Assembly (NCBI GenBank): GCA_050740235.1
Contig: JBOIDB010000094.1
Coordinates: forward strand, 10,263 to 74,262
From: Gammaproteobacteria bacterium
Lineage (GTDB): Bacteria > Pseudomonadota > Gammaproteobacteria > Steroidobacterales > JACDCP01
Length of the DNA: 64,000 nt
Direction of reading: 5' to 3'
In this document: one piece after another, positions 63,612 through 64,000 of the stretch
Layout: every line of letters starts with the position of its first letter
Numbering within the stretch: position 1 is the stretch's first letter
Notes under the pieces: generated by a model
The model's database searches: none
The model's input: the letters and a program-made list of their open reading frames with translations, nothing else
What the model was told of the DNA's origin: nothing
Translations under genes and position numbers: made by a program

Positions 63612-64000
63612 ATGACCGAAACCCAGGGCGGCTCTCGCCTCTACCGCATACTGATCGCCGACGACCAGCGAGACGTGCTCGAGGCGCTGCGGCTGCTGTT
63701 GAAAGGCGAGCCCTTCTCGGTGGAAACGGCAAGCTCGCCGGTGACGGCACTTGCCCGCATCGGCAAGGCGGCCTTCGATGCGCTGCTGATCGACCTCAAC
63801 TACACGCGTGATACGACGTCCGGACAGGAGGGACTCGATTTGCTGCGCGCGGTACGGCAGCTCGAGCCGGAGCTGCCGGTGATCGTGATGACGGCATGGG
63901 GTTCCATCGACCTGGCAGTCGCGGCCATGCGCGAAGGCGCGAGCGATTTCATCGAGAAACCCTGGGACAATCAGCGCTTGCTGTCCGTGCTACGCAACCA
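63612..64000 (+). CDS. Response-regulator receiver domain, NtrC-like (probable sigma-54 activator), 3' end cut by the window
   Basis: ILIADDQRDVLEALRLLL...LLIDLNYTRDTTSGQEGLDLL...VIVMTAWGSIDLAVAAMREGASDFIEKPWDN. Only the receiver domain is visible, so the AAA+ and HTH parts are inferred. Confidence 0.7.
   Translation, partial: MTETQGGSRLYRILIADDQRDVLEALRLLLKGEPFSVETASSPVTALARIGKAAFDALLIDLNYTRDTTSGQEGLDLLRAVRQLEPELPVIVMTAWGSIDLAVAAMREGASDFIEKPWDNQRLLSVLRN

Overview
This is a GC-rich bacterial chromosomal segment, probably from a Gram-negative organism (MlaC, a HlyD adaptor and a GlyGly-CTERM-like tail are present). I found no rRNA, tRNA, CRISPR array, transposase or integrase. About 50 genes can be supported. 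Many six-frame ORFs are antisense shadows or 5' over-extensions, so I re-picked starts where a family N-terminus plus a Shine-Dalgarno sequence was visible.

Contents in order:
- 1-1.7 kb: an animal-haem-peroxidase homologue, 5'-truncated by the window edge, with a C-terminal sorting-signal-like tail.
- 1.7-4.7 kb: mlaC-like gene and a small membrane and stress cluster (PRC-barrel, Holin-X-like, DUF3618).
- 4.7-5.8 kb: a Crp/Fnr regulator bracketed by AT-rich hairpin elements.
- 5.9-10 kb: DNA alkylation repair (Ada-AlkA fusion, Ogt), an HdeA-like protein and an ATP-dependent ligase.
- 10.4-23.7 kb: a 13 kb co-directional block, tkt-zwf-pgi-tal-gnd-PPGK-like kinase-glycogen debranching enzyme-GH63. 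The transaldolase carries a C-terminal EF-hand pair.
- 23.8-36.8 kb: D-aminoacylase, a Rieske oxygenase, a second canonical Ada with an upstream Ada-box-like site, several small-domain genes, an MFS pump, a MarR-GNAT fusion, an SDR and an ABC-2 exporter.
- 36.8-49 kb: a 12 kb minus-strand block holding two paralogous membrane/TolB-like/TPR proteins, an ECF sigma with a YciI partner, a GH15 glucoamylase, a PLP decarboxylase and a two-component system.
- 50.9-64 kb, the most unusual part: sigma-54-type promoter, HlyD adaptor, stand-alone ABC ATPase, four tandem ~800 aa duplicated FtsX/MacB-type permeases, second ATPase, then an NtrC-like receiver gene cut by the window end. Two mini-ORFs in front of permeases 1 and 3 copy the permease-family N-terminal motif.

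Functional calls rest on motifs read from the translations and on remembered family knowledge. No database search was run.
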